A stretch of 54,681 bases of DNA from Nitrospirota bacterium (GTDB taxonomy: Bacteria; Nitrospirota; Thermodesulfovibrionia; Thermodesulfovibrionales; JdFR-85). Below are positions 10,205 through 20,429 of this stretch, piece by piece; the first letter of the stretch is position 1, and each line of letters opens with the position of its first letter. A model generated the notes under the pieces. That model saw only the letters and a program-made list of their open reading frames with translations. It searched no databases and was not told the origin of the DNA. A program made the translations under genes and the position numbers. The stretch spans positions 1 through 54,681 of the forward strand of contig DRKX01000121.1 of NCBI GenBank assembly GCA_011051565.1. The letters run 5' to 3'.

Positions 10205-11103
10205 CAGCGGTACCCCAATTCCCTCAAGGTTCCGGTCTTCTTTCTCCAGTCCTTCTTGACCTTAACCCAGAGGTCCATATAAACCTTCGTGTTGAGCAAA
10301 TCCTCTATCTCTCTCCTTGAGGCGATCCCTATAGCCTTGAGCATCGCTCCCCTCTTACCTATTATTATACCTTTTTGGCTCTCTTTTTCAACATAGATGT
10401 TTGCGTTGATAACGACCATATTCTCTTTCTCTTCCCATTGCACCACCTCGACCGCTACCGAGTAGGGTATCTCCTCCTCCGTCAGGCTCATTATCTTCTC
10501 ACGTATTATCTCGGCCGCCATGGATCTCTCGAGCTGATCCGTGAATATGTCGTCAGGGTAGTACTTCGGGCCTTCCGGCAGGTATTCGATTATCTTGCCG
10601 AGGACGATGTCGAGGCCGTCACCTTTAAGGGCGGAGACGGGTATTATTTCGTTGAATGGATGGAGGGCTGAGTATCTGTCTATGACCGGGAGTATCTCCG
10701 CTTTCGGGACGGTGTCGATCTTGTTTATCAGGAGGAAGACCGTCAGGTTCTTTCTCTCCTTGAGCAGGTCGGTTATCGCCTCCTCCTCTTTGCGTGGCAT
10801 TCTCGGTTCGACCACGAGGAGGACTATGTCGACCTCCTTGAGGCTATCCATCGCCTCCTTCATCATGAACTCGCCGAGCCTCTCCATCGGCCTGTGTATG
10901 CCCGGCGTATCGATGAATACGATCTGTGCCGAGGGAGTCGTCTTGACACCGACTATCCTGTTTCTCGTGGTCTGGGGCTTGTCCGTCACTATGGCGACCT
11001 TTTCCCCGAGGATGCTGTTGAGCAGGGTGGACTTGCCCACGTTGGGCCTTCCCACTATGGAGACATATCCTGAACGGAAGCCCGGGTCAGGAGAGTCTTT
11101 CAA
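10204..11103 (-). CDS. era: GTPase Era
   Basis: GRPNVGKS, PQTTR, DTPG, NKID; KH domain with EEIPYS, SQKGIIIGK and LWVKV. Confidence 0.97.
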   Translation of the reverse strand: MKDSPDPGFRSGYVSIVGRPNVGKSTLLNSILGEKVAIVTDKPQTTRNRIVGVKTTPSAQIVFIDTPGIHRPMERLGEFMMKEAMDSLKEVDIVLLVVEPRMPRKEEEAITDLLKERKNLTVFLLINKIDTVPKAEILPVIDRYSALHPFNEIIPVSALKGDGLDIVLGKIIEYLPEGPKYYPDDIFTDQLERSMAAEIIREKIMSLTEEEIPYSVAVEVVQWEEKENMVVINANIYVEKESQKGIIIGKRGAMLKAIGIASRREIEDLLNTKVYMDLWVKVKKDWRKKTGTLRELGYR

Positions 11104-12277
11104 CGGCTTCTCCGATCCTTTCCACGGCCTTTCGGATGTTCTCCATTGACGTGGCGTAAGAGATCCTGATGAATCCCTCGGCCCCGAATGCGCTGCCGGG
11201 CACGAGAGCGACCTTGGCCTCTTCGAGGAGATAGAGTGCGAGGGACGAGGAGTCCCCTATGGTCCTGCCGTCAAGGCCCTTGCCGATGATTCCGGAGACG
11301 TTCGGGAATACATAGAAGGCGCCGGTCGGCATACGGCACTGCATCCCCTCAATGCGGTTGAGGGCCTCGACGAGGAACCTCCTCCGCCTGTCAAACTCCT
11401 CCACCATGGTCCTGATAAAGTCCTGGGGCCCCCTCAACGCCTCAACCGCAGCCCACTGGGCGATGGATGCGGGGTTCGACGTGGACTGACTCTGTATCTT
11501 GGTCATAGCCTTCACGACATCCCGAGGTCCTGCGGCGTAGCCGATCCTCCATCCCGTCATGGCGTGCGACTTCGATAGGCCGTTCACCACTATGGTGAGC
11601 GCCTTCACCTCCGCGGACAGGGAAGCGATGCTCGTATGCTCGGCGCCGTCGTAGAGTATCTTCTCGTATATCTCGTCGGAGATTATATATATGCCGTTCT
11701 TCACCGCCACCTCGGCGATCGCCTCGAGCGTGGATCGGTCGTAACCGAGACCGGTGGGGTTGGAAGGGTAGTTCAGGATGATGGCCTTCGTCCTCCCGCT
11801 GACATGCTCCTTCAATTCGTCGGGGTCGAGCATGAAATCGTCCTCCTCGCGTGTCCTGACAAAAACAGGCGTTGCGTCGTTCAGGAGCACCTGTGCAGGG
11901 TACGAGACCCAGTACGGCGAGGGGATGACAACCTCGTCACCCGGGCTCAGGAGGGCTTGGGCTATGTTGTAGAGGCTGTGTTTTGCTCCGCACGAGACGA
12001 TGATCTCGTCGCTCTCATACGAGAGGCCGTTGTCGTTGCGGAGTTTCTCGGCTATTGCATCCTTGAGCTGCGGGATGCCTCCGACGGGGGTGTATTTTGT
12101 GTGTCCCTCCTTTATCGCCCTCATGGCCGCATCCTTTATGTTGTCGGGCGTATCGAAGTCCGGTTCCCCTACACCGAAACTGATCACGTCGATACCCTGC
12201 GATTTCATCTCTTTCGCTTTCGTGTCCATAGCGAGTGTGGGGGAGGGTTTTACCCTTTTTGCTCTCTCCGATAACAT
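11087..12277 (-). CDS. aspC: PLP-dependent aminotransferase class I/II (aspartate aminotransferase-like)
   Basis: GEPDF, PYWVSY, NYPSNPTG, SDEIYE, SKSHAMTGWRIG. Confidence 0.9.
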   Translation of the reverse strand: MLSERAKRVKPSPTLAMDTKAKEMKSQGIDVISFGVGEPDFDTPDNIKDAAMRAIKEGHTKYTPVGGIPQLKDAIAEKLRNDNGLSYESDEIIVSCGAKHSLYNIAQALLSPGDEVVIPSPYWVSYPAQVLLNDATPVFVRTREEDDFMLDPDELKEHVSGRTKAIILNYPSNPTGLGYDRSTLEAIAEVAVKNGIYIISDEIYEKILYDGAEHTSIASLSAEVKALTIVVNGLSKSHAMTGWRIGYAAGPRDVVKAMTKIQSQSTSNPASIAQWAAVEALRGPQDFIRTMVEEFDRRRRFLVEALNRIEGMQCRMPTGAFYVFPNVSGIIGKGLDGRTIGDSSSLALYLLEEAKVALVPGSAFGAEGFIRISYATSMENIRKAVERIGEAVERLS

Positions 12278-12633
12278 CAGAAACCTCCGGTGTGGTCTTT
12301 ATTTTTCCGGTCCTTGCCGCAACCTCATCTATTATAGATAAGAAGCTTCCAAAATGAAAACCTGCCACACCCTCACACGGCGTTCCGTCTGAATTCTTTC
12401 AGTGAAAAATGCCATAATATATACCACTGCGCGGTGACTGCCGGGTTGTAAGCAGGCCGACATGGTGTGGTTGATCTTTACGGTTTCGGTACATTCATCA
12501 CCTGAATGACTGCAGTATCGTGTCGCTGCAAAACCGGACTCGACCCGTTGCCTTCACGGACAAGGGCGGTGCGGAATGAATCGGCCGCCCGCATCGGGTT
12601 GATGTCGAGGGGGGCGGTCCAGACAATAATGCT

Positions 12634-15600
12634 TTGGTGCTCTCAGTGAAGACGAAGAAGATACTCTTATCGACAGGTTTATGCATCCTTGCAATCCTTG
12701 CCGTCGGGGCGTTTTTCTACGCGAGATCCCCCTACATGTCGAATCACCTCAAGAAGACGATCCTTCCCGAACTCTCCCGTGTCTCGGGTCAGAGGATCAC
12801 AACAGAGAGGATGTACGTCAACCTCTTTCCCCTGTTCCTCGGGGTCGAGGGGCTGCGCGTATCCGATGGAGACGGCGCCGAGGTGCTTTCGGCGAGGAAG
12901 GCGAGGTTCTACGTCGGGCTCCTGCCCCTTCTGCGCCGCGAACTCTATGTTCCGGTCGTGACCGTCGACGGCCTCCGGTCTGCTGCGACATTGCGGTCGG
13001 CGGAGGCGCTGGCCGGCCTGATCGCGGCAGGGGGGCCGCAAAGAAAGGGTGCGGGCTGGCGAGTGAAAATCGGCGCAGTGCTCCTGAAGGATGCATCGAT
13101 GAGGCTCTCCGACCCCGAAAGGGGACTCGTTTTCTCCCTCGGCAAAGTCAGGGCCGAGGTCAACCTGAAACGCAGGACCCTGAAGTTGAAGGACTCGGAG
13201 ATAATGTTCGCGCGCGAAGAGAGGGAGGTGATCAGGGGAACACTGGACTTGCTGATGTCGGTCGCCGATGGAGGCGTGCGCCTGAAGGGCCTCGGTTTCA
13301 GGAGCAGGGACTCCTCGCTGGACCTGGCTGGAGAATTCAGTGACGGGGCCTTCAAGGGGTCGGTGAAGGCGGACCTCTCCGTGGGGTTGTTGTCTGACAT
13401 ATTCATGCTGAAGGGGAAGAGGACCGGCAACATAGCGGCAAGGGGAAGTGTGCGCTGGGAGGCAGGGGATTCAGGCAGCCGCCCACCGGACTCCGTACCG
13501 GCGTTTCTCGACGGACTCTCTTTCGACCTCGACGTAGAAGGGGGGCTCCATATCGAAACCCTCATGGAACTCCTCAAGCAGAAGGTCCCGCTCCGGGGCT
13601 TCACCGGCTTTTCCGGGAAGGTCAGAGGCCCTGCACTGAGTCCCGTGGCGGAACTCGACGCCGACATGAAGGGAGGCTATATCTACGGCGTCGATGTTGA
13701 GAGCGTGAAGTGCAAGGTCTTCTACGAGGACAGGACACTGCGGTTTAGAGACGGCAGGGTCTCGGCGTACAACGGCAATGCCTCCGTAGAGGTGAGCATC
13801 CAGCTGTCGAGGCCGACCAGGTTTTCCCTGAAGATAGAGGCTGATGCCCTTGACAGCCGCGATGTATTGAGGCTGATCAAGTGGGACCCGGGGCTGCCGC
13901 CCGGCAGTGTATCGGGCATCCTCGAGTCGGAGGGGCGGAGGTTTGAACCCAGCGGGACCTTTCGGTTCACGGCGTTTCCGGCAGGGGGGGAGGCCGAGTC
14001 GCCTGAAGGGTCTTTCGTAAAGAAGATCAGGGAGGCGAGCGGCTCCTTCCGGATGAAGGAGCGCGTGCTCACGTTGAAGGACATAGAGGCGTCGTCCGGC
14101 AGGACGAGGCTCGAATCTGCCGGATACCTCGATTTCAACAACAGGACCTTGAGCCTGAAGGCCGTCGCCTCATCAGACGAGATCGACGAGGTGTATTACA
14201 GGGAGGGAGTGATAAGCGGAACCGGCCGTTTCGAGGGCACGGTCACCGGGTCTCTCGACGATCCCGTCGTATCCGGCAACATAAGGCTCTGCAACTTCCA
14301 CTATCTCGAACGGCCCTTCGGATGTCTCGACGCCGTCATATCGTACAGGAAGAGGGGGTTGGAGATCGAGGGGCTCGAGGGGAGGCTGAACGGGACCACC
14401 TATTCGGCGGAAGGCACCGTAGAGACCGCCGAGACCGAGCTCTTCGCATTCAAGGACCCGGTGTTTTCCATCCGGGGTACTTTCTCGAGGCTGCGGATCG
14501 ATACCCTGGATGAATGGATCGCGGTCAGGCCCCCCGGTTCGGACACCTCCGGGATTGCCGCCTGGGCCGGGGGTCTGCTGTCGGGGAGCTTCAGGGTCGG
14601 CGGTCCACTAAAGGCCCTCGTCCTGACAGGTCATGCTACAAGCGAAGAGCTGAAGATAAGAGGCATCGATGCACGGATCGAGACGGATTTCAGGTACAGC
14701 GGCAAGGGGGTCGGACTCACGGGCTTCTTCCTCGCAAAGGGGGACTCGTTCCTGAAGGGTAATCTCTCGGTCCTCTCGGACGGAACCTTGAAGAGCGGGG
14801 ACCTTGCAGTCTTTCTCGTCCCGGCCGACATCTCGCGTAGACTGCCCGGCGAAGTCCGTCTCAAGGGACGGCTGAGGCTTGGAGGTACACTCAGGGCGCC
14901 GGAGGGCGAGTTCGACGGCTTATTCGAGGTGGCCGATGAGAGCAGAGCGGCTGCATTCCTCTCGGAGCCCGGTCTGGGCAGGATACGTCTGAGGATGGAA
15001 AACCGGGAGATCACCATGCTGGGCGGGTTCTTTAGGGATCAGGTCTCGATAGCAGGCCGGATGAGCATGGATGGAGACCTCCCGTGGAACGTCAAGGTGG
15101 ATATCCGGGAAGGGTCCTACAACGACGCGATACTCCTGTTCCTCAGGGACGTCCCCGAGGACCTATTCCTCTCGCTGAGGGGCGAGGTGGCACTCTCTGG
15201 GACGAGGCGAACCATTGTCGGCAGTGTGCTGTTGAAGAGCCTCAAGCTCAACCTCTACGGGCAGGACTTTACGAACACCAAGGATCTCATGCTGAAGATC
15301 GACGGTACCAAGGTCACGTTCGGCTCCTTCAGCCTCAGGACCGGTCTGGCCGCCCTGAGTGTCAGCGGTGACATAGACCTCGACAGGGGGTATGACCTGA
15401 CCATGAGCGGAAGGGCCTACCTGAGCCCACTCGAGGGGTTCATACACGGTCTCGAATACATAAGGGGCTATTCGGACTTCGTCCTCGCAATAAGCGGCGA
15501 CTGGCTTGATCCCGTGGTCAGCGGCGGCCTCTCCATCGAGGAGACGTCGTTCGCCGTACGCGGAATCCCGAACAGGTTCTCTTCCATAAAGGGATATGTC

Positions 15601-16665
15601 TATATCGACGAAAACAGGGTGGTCCTCGACACTCTCTCTGGAAGGTTTGCATCCGGAGAGGTGAGCCTCAAGGGTGTCGCGCAGTTGAAGGGCCTGAGGC
15701 TCGAGTACTACCACCTTGAAGGCATTGTGAAGGATGTCTACCTCTACCTGCAGGAAGGGGTCTCCTTCAAGCTCTCCGGCGACCTTGTGCTGGCGAGCAA
15801 AAGGGATGGTGTATATCTCATCGGTGACCTCAGGGTGTTGAAGGGAAGGTATTCAAGGAATATCGAGTGGAGGAGCTGGATACTGAGTGCAAAGAAGCCC
15901 CCGCTGCAGAAGAATCAGTACGGCATCCTCGACGCCGTTGAGCTCAACATCAACCTCTACGGTGATGAGGACATAATCATTGACAACAACGTCGTGAACG
16001 CCCCTGCACGTATAGACCTCGTGATACTCGGCACCCTGAAGAGTCCCTCTCTGATAGGACGCGTGGAGCTGAAAGGCGGAAAGATATTCTTCAGAAACAA
16101 TGAGTTCACCATAATCAACGCAAGTGCCGACTTCACGGACCCGATGAGGATAAATCCGTTCTTCGAGATAGTTGCGAGGACGAGGGTGAAGGAATACCGG
16201 ATACACCTCTCCCTTGAGGGCTACGTCGACCAGTTCAACCTCTCCCTCACATCCGAACCCATGCTCGACGAGATAGACATACTGAGCCTGCTGACGGTCG
16301 GAGAACTCGGCACCAAGCTCAAGGGGTTCGAGGGCGGTATCGGCGCGTCCGAGGCTGCATCGTTTCTGACCGGAAAGCTTCAGGAGACGATAGAGGAGCG
16401 GTTGAGAAACATCACCGGCTTCGACAGGATACAGGTCGAGCCCTATGTCTCCGAGATCACCGGCACCATAGGTCCGAAGGTGACGGTCTCGAAGCGGCTT
16501 CTCTCCGACAGGCTGTACGTGACATACACGACGTCGCTCGGCAATGCGCCGGAGCAGTCCCTGAGACTGGAGTTCTTCCTGAGCGACAACATAGCCCTCG
16601 TGGGTGAACGTGACGAACTCGGCACACTCGGTGCCGATTTGAAATTCAGGGTGGAGTTCAAGTGA
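12634..16665 (+). CDS. tamB: TamB/AsmA-like translocation-assembly module inner-membrane anchored protein
   Basis: 1343 aa; N-terminal TM anchor, repetitive beta-rich body (e.g. GSLDDPVVSG, GTLKSPSLIG), DUF490-like C-terminus ending GADLKFRVEFK; directly upstream of an Omp85 gene. Confidence 0.85.
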   Translation: MVLSVKTKKILLSTGLCILAILAVGAFFYARSPYMSNHLKKTILPELSRVSGQRITTERMYVNLFPLFLGVEGLRVSDGDGAEVLSARKARFYVGLLPLLRRELYVPVVTVDGLRSAATLRSAEALAGLIAAGGPQRKGAGWRVKIGAVLLKDASMRLSDPERGLVFSLGKVRAEVNLKRRTLKLKDSEIMFAREEREVIRGTLDLLMSVADGGVRLKGLGFRSRDSSLDLAGEFSDGAFKGSVKADLSVGLLSDIFMLKGKRTGNIAARGSVRWEAGDSGSRPPDSVPAFLDGLSFDLDVEGGLHIETLMELLKQKVPLRGFTGFSGKVRGPALSPVAELDADMKGGYIYGVDVESVKCKVFYEDRTLRFRDGRVSAYNGNASVEVSIQLSRPTRFSLKIEADALDSRDVLRLIKWDPGLPPGSVSGILESEGRRFEPSGTFRFTAFPAGGEAESPEGSFVKKIREASGSFRMKERVLTLKDIEASSGRTRLESAGYLDFNNRTLSLKAVASSDEIDEVYYREGVISGTGRFEGTVTGSLDDPVVSGNIRLCNFHYLERPFGCLDAVISYRKRGLEIEGLEGRLNGTTYSAEGTVETAETELFAFKDPVFSIRGTFSRLRIDTLDEWIAVRPPGSDTSGIAAWAGGLLSGSFRVGGPLKALVLTGHATSEELKIRGIDARIETDFRYSGKGVGLTGFFLAKGDSFLKGNLSVLSDGTLKSGDLAVFLVPADISRRLPGEVRLKGRLRLGGTLRAPEGEFDGLFEVADESRAAAFLSEPGLGRIRLRMENREITMLGGFFRDQVSIAGRMSMDGDLPWNVKVDIREGSYNDAILLFLRDVPEDLFLSLRGEVALSGTRRTIVGSVLLKSLKLNLYGQDFTNTKDLMLKIDGTKVTFGSFSLRTGLAALSVSGDIDLDRGYDLTMSGRAYLSPLEGFIHGLEYIRGYSDFVLAISGDWLDPVVSGGLSIEETSFAVRGIPNRFSSIKGYVYIDENRVVLDTLSGRFASGEVSLKGVAQLKGLRLEYYHLEGIVKDVYLYLQEGVSFKLSGDLVLASKRDGVYLIGDLRVLKGRYSRNIEWRSWILSAKKPPLQKNQYGILDAVELNINLYGDEDIIIDNNVVNAPARIDLVILGTLKSPSLIGRVELKGGKIFFRNNEFTIINASADFTDPMRINPFFEIVARTRVKEYRIHLSLEGYVDQFNLSLTSEPMLDEIDILSLLTVGELGTKLKGFEGGIGASEAASFLTGKLQETIEERLRNITGFDRIQVEPYVSEITGTIGPKVTVSKRLLSDRLYVTYTTSLGNAPEQSLRLEFFLSDNIALVGERDELGTLGADLKFRVEFK

Positions 16666-16683
16666 TATCATGAAGGTGCGTGG

Positions 16684-19428
16684 ATGAGAGTATCCAGACG
16701 ATTCAGGCAGCGTTATGCTTCTGCCGCGGGCAGGGGCGTGGATTCCGCCTCGTCCATCTACATGGTGCTGCGGCTGCTCGTCGTGCTCTGCATATCGGTC
16801 GCTGTCTTGCACGGTGTGGAGGCTCACGCCGAGGAACGGTCCTTATATGTGGAAAAGATAGTCGTCAGCGGACTGGCCTCCTGCAGCCGGGAGGAACTCC
16901 TGTCATTGATGGGTATACACAGGGGGCTCGTGGACGTTAAGACAATAGATGACGGCATAAAACGCGCCTTCAGAAAGGATATCTTCGAGGATATATCGGT
17001 GGAGTACGCGGACCGGACCCTCTTCATAAGGGTGCGGGAGCGCGACTACATCGACAAGGTGGTGGTCTCGGGCAACAAATACTTCTCGGCCGGGGAGATA
17101 AGGGAGAGGTTCATGTTCAAGGAGGACGACCTGATGCGCTACGACCTCCTGGAGAAGGCGAGGAAGGAACTGGAAGAATCGCTTAGATTGAGCGGATTTC
17201 CGTCTGCAGAGGTCTCGCTGGCCGTTGAGAGGACACCGAGACCCTACAGGGTCAGGGTAAGGCTCCGCCTTAACGAGGGGCCGCCGCTCGTCATAGAGAA
17301 GGTCGAGATCGTGGGTGCTGACGGCTGGCTCCGCCAGCGTATGTACATTGAACCCGGGGATATATACGACGTTGAAGAGATAAAGAAAGACCTCGGCAGG
17401 ATCAGGGAGTACCTGAAATCGAAGGGATATCTCAACCCTGCAGTCGGCCCTTTCACCTTTTCAGACGGACTGCTCACCGTCCTCGTTCACCCGGGAAAGA
17501 AGCTGAAGATAGTGATAAACGGAAACGAGGAGATAAGCACTTCCAAGATACTCAAGATAATGCCTTTCAGAGAGGCGGAAGAGGTCACGGATGAGCTGAT
17601 AGAGGAGGTCTCGGCCAAGATCATCTCACTCTACCACGAGAGGGGCTTCATCTATGCACAGGTCGCTCCCTTGAAGGCCGAGGACGAGAAGACGGTCTCC
17701 GTCAGCTTCTTCATTTACGAGGGGAGGTCCTACGAGGTCCGGAACATAGAGTTTGAGAACGCATCCATATCCGAGAAGAAGCTCAAGAGCGTCATAAACC
17801 TCCAGGAGGGGGCCCCGTACAATCCCGATCTCCTCGATACCGACTCGGAGATAGTGACCGGCCTCTACAGGGCCCTGGGATATCTGGACGCAGAGGTGGT
17901 GGACAAGGTGATCAGAATCGACGACGATACCGGTGACGTCGACATAAGATTCGTACTCTCCGAAGGCGGGAGGTTTGTCATCAGCGAGATCGAGGTCGAG
18001 GGGAACAGCTTCTTTACCGACGGGGAGGTCAAGGATATCTTGATGCTGAGAAGTGGGGCGCCATACAATGAGATTGATATAATCGACGCGAAGAAACGCC
18101 TGACCGACAGCTACAAGGAACAAGGGTTCACGGACGTGAACGTCTCCGTGGACACCAGTCTTTCGGGACAGTCCGTGAAGGTGGTCTTCAGGATCGCGGA
18201 AGGCGTGAAGGAGTATTTCGGCAAGACCATAGTCAGGGGCAACAGGTTCACCAAGACAGAGGTCATACAGAGGGAGCTTGTACACAGGGAAGGCGAGCCG
18301 TTCAACTACAAGGTGCTCTTGGAAGGAACGAAGCGCCTCTACAGGCTCGGCATTTTCAAGGATATAGACATAAAGCTGCTCGACAGGCAAGACCACACGC
18401 GTGACATAGTCATAACGGTCAGCGAGCGCAAGCCCGGGGTGATCGAATTCAGTGTGGGCTACGAGGACTACGAGGGATTGCGCGGCTCCATCGACATAAG
18501 CTACAGGAACCTCTGGGGGATGAACCGCCGGATACACCTGAGGGGGGAGCTCAGCACACTCAAGGAGAGATTCGTCCTCGGCTACAACGAGCCGTACCTC
18601 TTGGGAAAGGCCGTTGTCTTCAATGCCTTCCTGCTCAACGAGGCACGCACCGAGAAGAGCATCGACACAGGGGAGGTGAGGTACAGGATGAAGAAGAAGT
18701 CTTCGGGAATATCCATAGAGAAGAACCTGACGAGGAACATGAAGGCACAGCTTGCCTATGACTTCTCACTCGTCAAGACCTTCGACCTCAAGCCCGACGT
18801 CGTGTTGTCGAGAGAGGACGAGGGGACAATCGCCATAAGCGGCATACGTCCCGGCATACTCTACGACTCGAGGGACAACCCTTTCGACCCGAGCAGGGGC
18901 GTACTGATCGGTGCATCCCTGAAGGTAGCGAGCACGTATCTCCTCGGAGAGACCGACTTCGTGAAGCTGACGGTCCACGGCAGCGGCTACAGGAGGGTCG
19001 GAAGGAGGTTCATCCTCGCACTCTCTCTCAAGGGCGGCGCTGCCCAGGGGTTTGCAGACACGAGGGAGTTGCCCATAGTCGAGAGGTTTTTCCTCGGTGG
19101 AAGGAACACGGTGAGGGGCTTCGAGCAGGACACGCTCGGACCCAAGGGCACGGATGGAACGCCGACCGGCGGAAACGCCTTCCTGATGTCCAACGTCGAG
19201 CTCAGGGCCTACGTGGGCAGGGGGTTCAGCCTCGTCGGGTTCGTTGACGGAGGAAACGTCTGGAGGCGCACCGCCGACATGGACCTGACCCTCAGGTATA
19301 CCGCCGGACTCGGCATAAGGTACAGGACGCCGGCAGGACCTATACGTATCGATTACGGATACAAGCTTGACAGAGAGGAGGATGAGAGTGCAGGAGAGGT
19401 ACACTTCAGCATCGGACACGCCTTCTGA
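16684..19428 (+). CDS. Omp85-family (BamA/TamA-like) outer-membrane assembly protein with about 7 POTRA domains
   Basis: Signal peptide (start may be ATG 16762), seven POTRA-like repeats, YRNLWG, DSRDNPFDP, FFLGG..TVRGF lid motif, GPIRIDYG, C-terminal HFSIGHAF. Confidence 0.92.
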   Translation: MRVSRRFRQRYASAAGRGVDSASSIYMVLRLLVVLCISVAVLHGVEAHAEERSLYVEKIVVSGLASCSREELLSLMGIHRGLVDVKTIDDGIKRAFRKDIFEDISVEYADRTLFIRVRERDYIDKVVVSGNKYFSAGEIRERFMFKEDDLMRYDLLEKARKELEESLRLSGFPSAEVSLAVERTPRPYRVRVRLRLNEGPPLVIEKVEIVGADGWLRQRMYIEPGDIYDVEEIKKDLGRIREYLKSKGYLNPAVGPFTFSDGLLTVLVHPGKKLKIVINGNEEISTSKILKIMPFREAEEVTDELIEEVSAKIISLYHERGFIYAQVAPLKAEDEKTVSVSFFIYEGRSYEVRNIEFENASISEKKLKSVINLQEGAPYNPDLLDTDSEIVTGLYRALGYLDAEVVDKVIRIDDDTGDVDIRFVLSEGGRFVISEIEVEGNSFFTDGEVKDILMLRSGAPYNEIDIIDAKKRLTDSYKEQGFTDVNVSVDTSLSGQSVKVVFRIAEGVKEYFGKTIVRGNRFTKTEVIQRELVHREGEPFNYKVLLEGTKRLYRLGIFKDIDIKLLDRQDHTRDIVITVSERKPGVIEFSVGYEDYEGLRGSIDISYRNLWGMNRRIHLRGELSTLKERFVLGYNEPYLLGKAVVFNAFLLNEARTEKSIDTGEVRYRMKKKSSGISIEKNLTRNMKAQLAYDFSLVKTFDLKPDVVLSREDEGTIAISGIRPGILYDSRDNPFDPSRGVLIGASLKVASTYLLGETDFVKLTVHGSGYRRVGRRFILALSLKGGAAQGFADTRELPIVERFFLGGRNTVRGFEQDTLGPKGTDGTPTGGNAFLMSNVELRAYVGRGFSLVGFVDGGNVWRRTADMDLTLRYTAGLGIRYRTPAGPIRIDYGYKLDREEDESAGEVHFSIGHAF

Positions 19429-19957
19429 CGGCAGGGTTTCACAACCTGTAAGGTACACGCCGGCGGTTCTGCTCGCCTTGACACTGCTGCTCACATTGAC
19501 GGCTGCGGTGCTCGGGCCGGCAGGGGCCGAGGTGATCGACAGAGTCGTTGCTTTCATCGACGACGAGGCGATCACGCTCGCCGACTTTGAACAATACATG
19601 AGCAGTGCGGAGAAGCTGACACCCGGGATTTCAAGGGAGACGGCGATAAACGCCCTGATCAACAGGAGGCTCCTGCTGAGGGCGGCGAAGAGGATCCGCC
19701 TGCGCGGAAAAACCGATGATGAAATCATCCAAGAGTATGTGGACATAAAGGTCCGCGTGTTCATAAAGATACCCCCGGAAGAGATAGAGAGGTTCTACAA
19801 TGAAAACAGGGACCGGTTCGGAGAGACACCGGTGGGGGATGTCTGGGACGACATAGAGCGCCTTCTCAGGGAGAGGGAGGTGAACAGGCGCTTGAGGAAG
19901 CACATAGAAAGACTGCGTGAAGAGGCCTACATAAAGATCAATCTCCCACCTTCCTGA
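19388..19957 (+). CDS. SurA N-terminal/core-domain chaperone-like protein without a PPIase domain
   Basis: Signal peptide, then EVIDRVVAFIDDEAITLADF, LINRRLLL, EIERFYNEN and C-terminal LREEAYIKIN. Start uncertain; GTG 19388 has GAGGAGG 6 nt upstream. Confidence 0.72.
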   Translation: MQERYTSASDTPSDGRVSQPVRYTPAVLLALTLLLTLTAAVLGPAGAEVIDRVVAFIDDEAITLADFEQYMSSAEKLTPGISRETAINALINRRLLLRAAKRIRLRGKTDDEIIQEYVDIKVRVFIKIPPEEIERFYNENRDRFGETPVGDVWDDIERLLREREVNRRLRKHIERLREEAYIKINLPPS

Positions 19958-20429
19958 TCAGGGCGGACTCGTCGCACTCGGGAAACTTGTGGCACCTGAG
20001 GCAGTCTCCCCATATCTTCTGCGGCAGTTCCGACTTGTCGATATCGGTGAACCCGAGAGACCTGAAGAAGTCCGGGGTGTAGGTCAGGACGAATATGCGG
20101 TCTATACCGAGGCGCTTTGCCTCGGTGATACAGCTCCTCACCAGCCTCTTTCCCGTGCCCTGCCGCTGGGCCTCGGCCTTTACAGCGAGGGACCGTATCT
20201 CGGCGAGGTCTTCCCATAGTATGTGAAGGGCGCAGACCCCCACGATCCCGCCTTCGGCTTCACACACGACATGATCTCTCAGGGTCTCGTATATCTCGTT
20301 CAGGGACCGGGGCAGCATCTTCTCCCTCTTCGCAAACGAATTGATGAGGCGGTGTATCTCCCTCACGTCACGGGTGCAGGCCTTTCTGATGCGCGGGCGG
20401 GTTCGCCTCCCGACTCGATTAGAACTCAT
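19938..20429 (-). CDS. GNAT N-acetyltransferase, short N-acetylglutamate synthase (ArgA-like)
   Basis: MLPRSL..IYE, WEDLAEIRSLAV, QRQGTG acetyl-CoA loop, FVLTY..DFF, LPQKIWGDCLRCHKFPECDE. Confidence 0.8.
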   Translation of the reverse strand: MSSNRVGRRTRPRIRKACTRDVREIHRLINSFAKREKMLPRSLNEIYETLRDHVVCEAEGGIVGVCALHILWEDLAEIRSLAVKAEAQRQGTGKRLVRSCITEAKRLGIDRIFVLTYTPDFFRSLGFTDIDKSELPQKIWGDCLRCHKFPECDESALIRKVGD

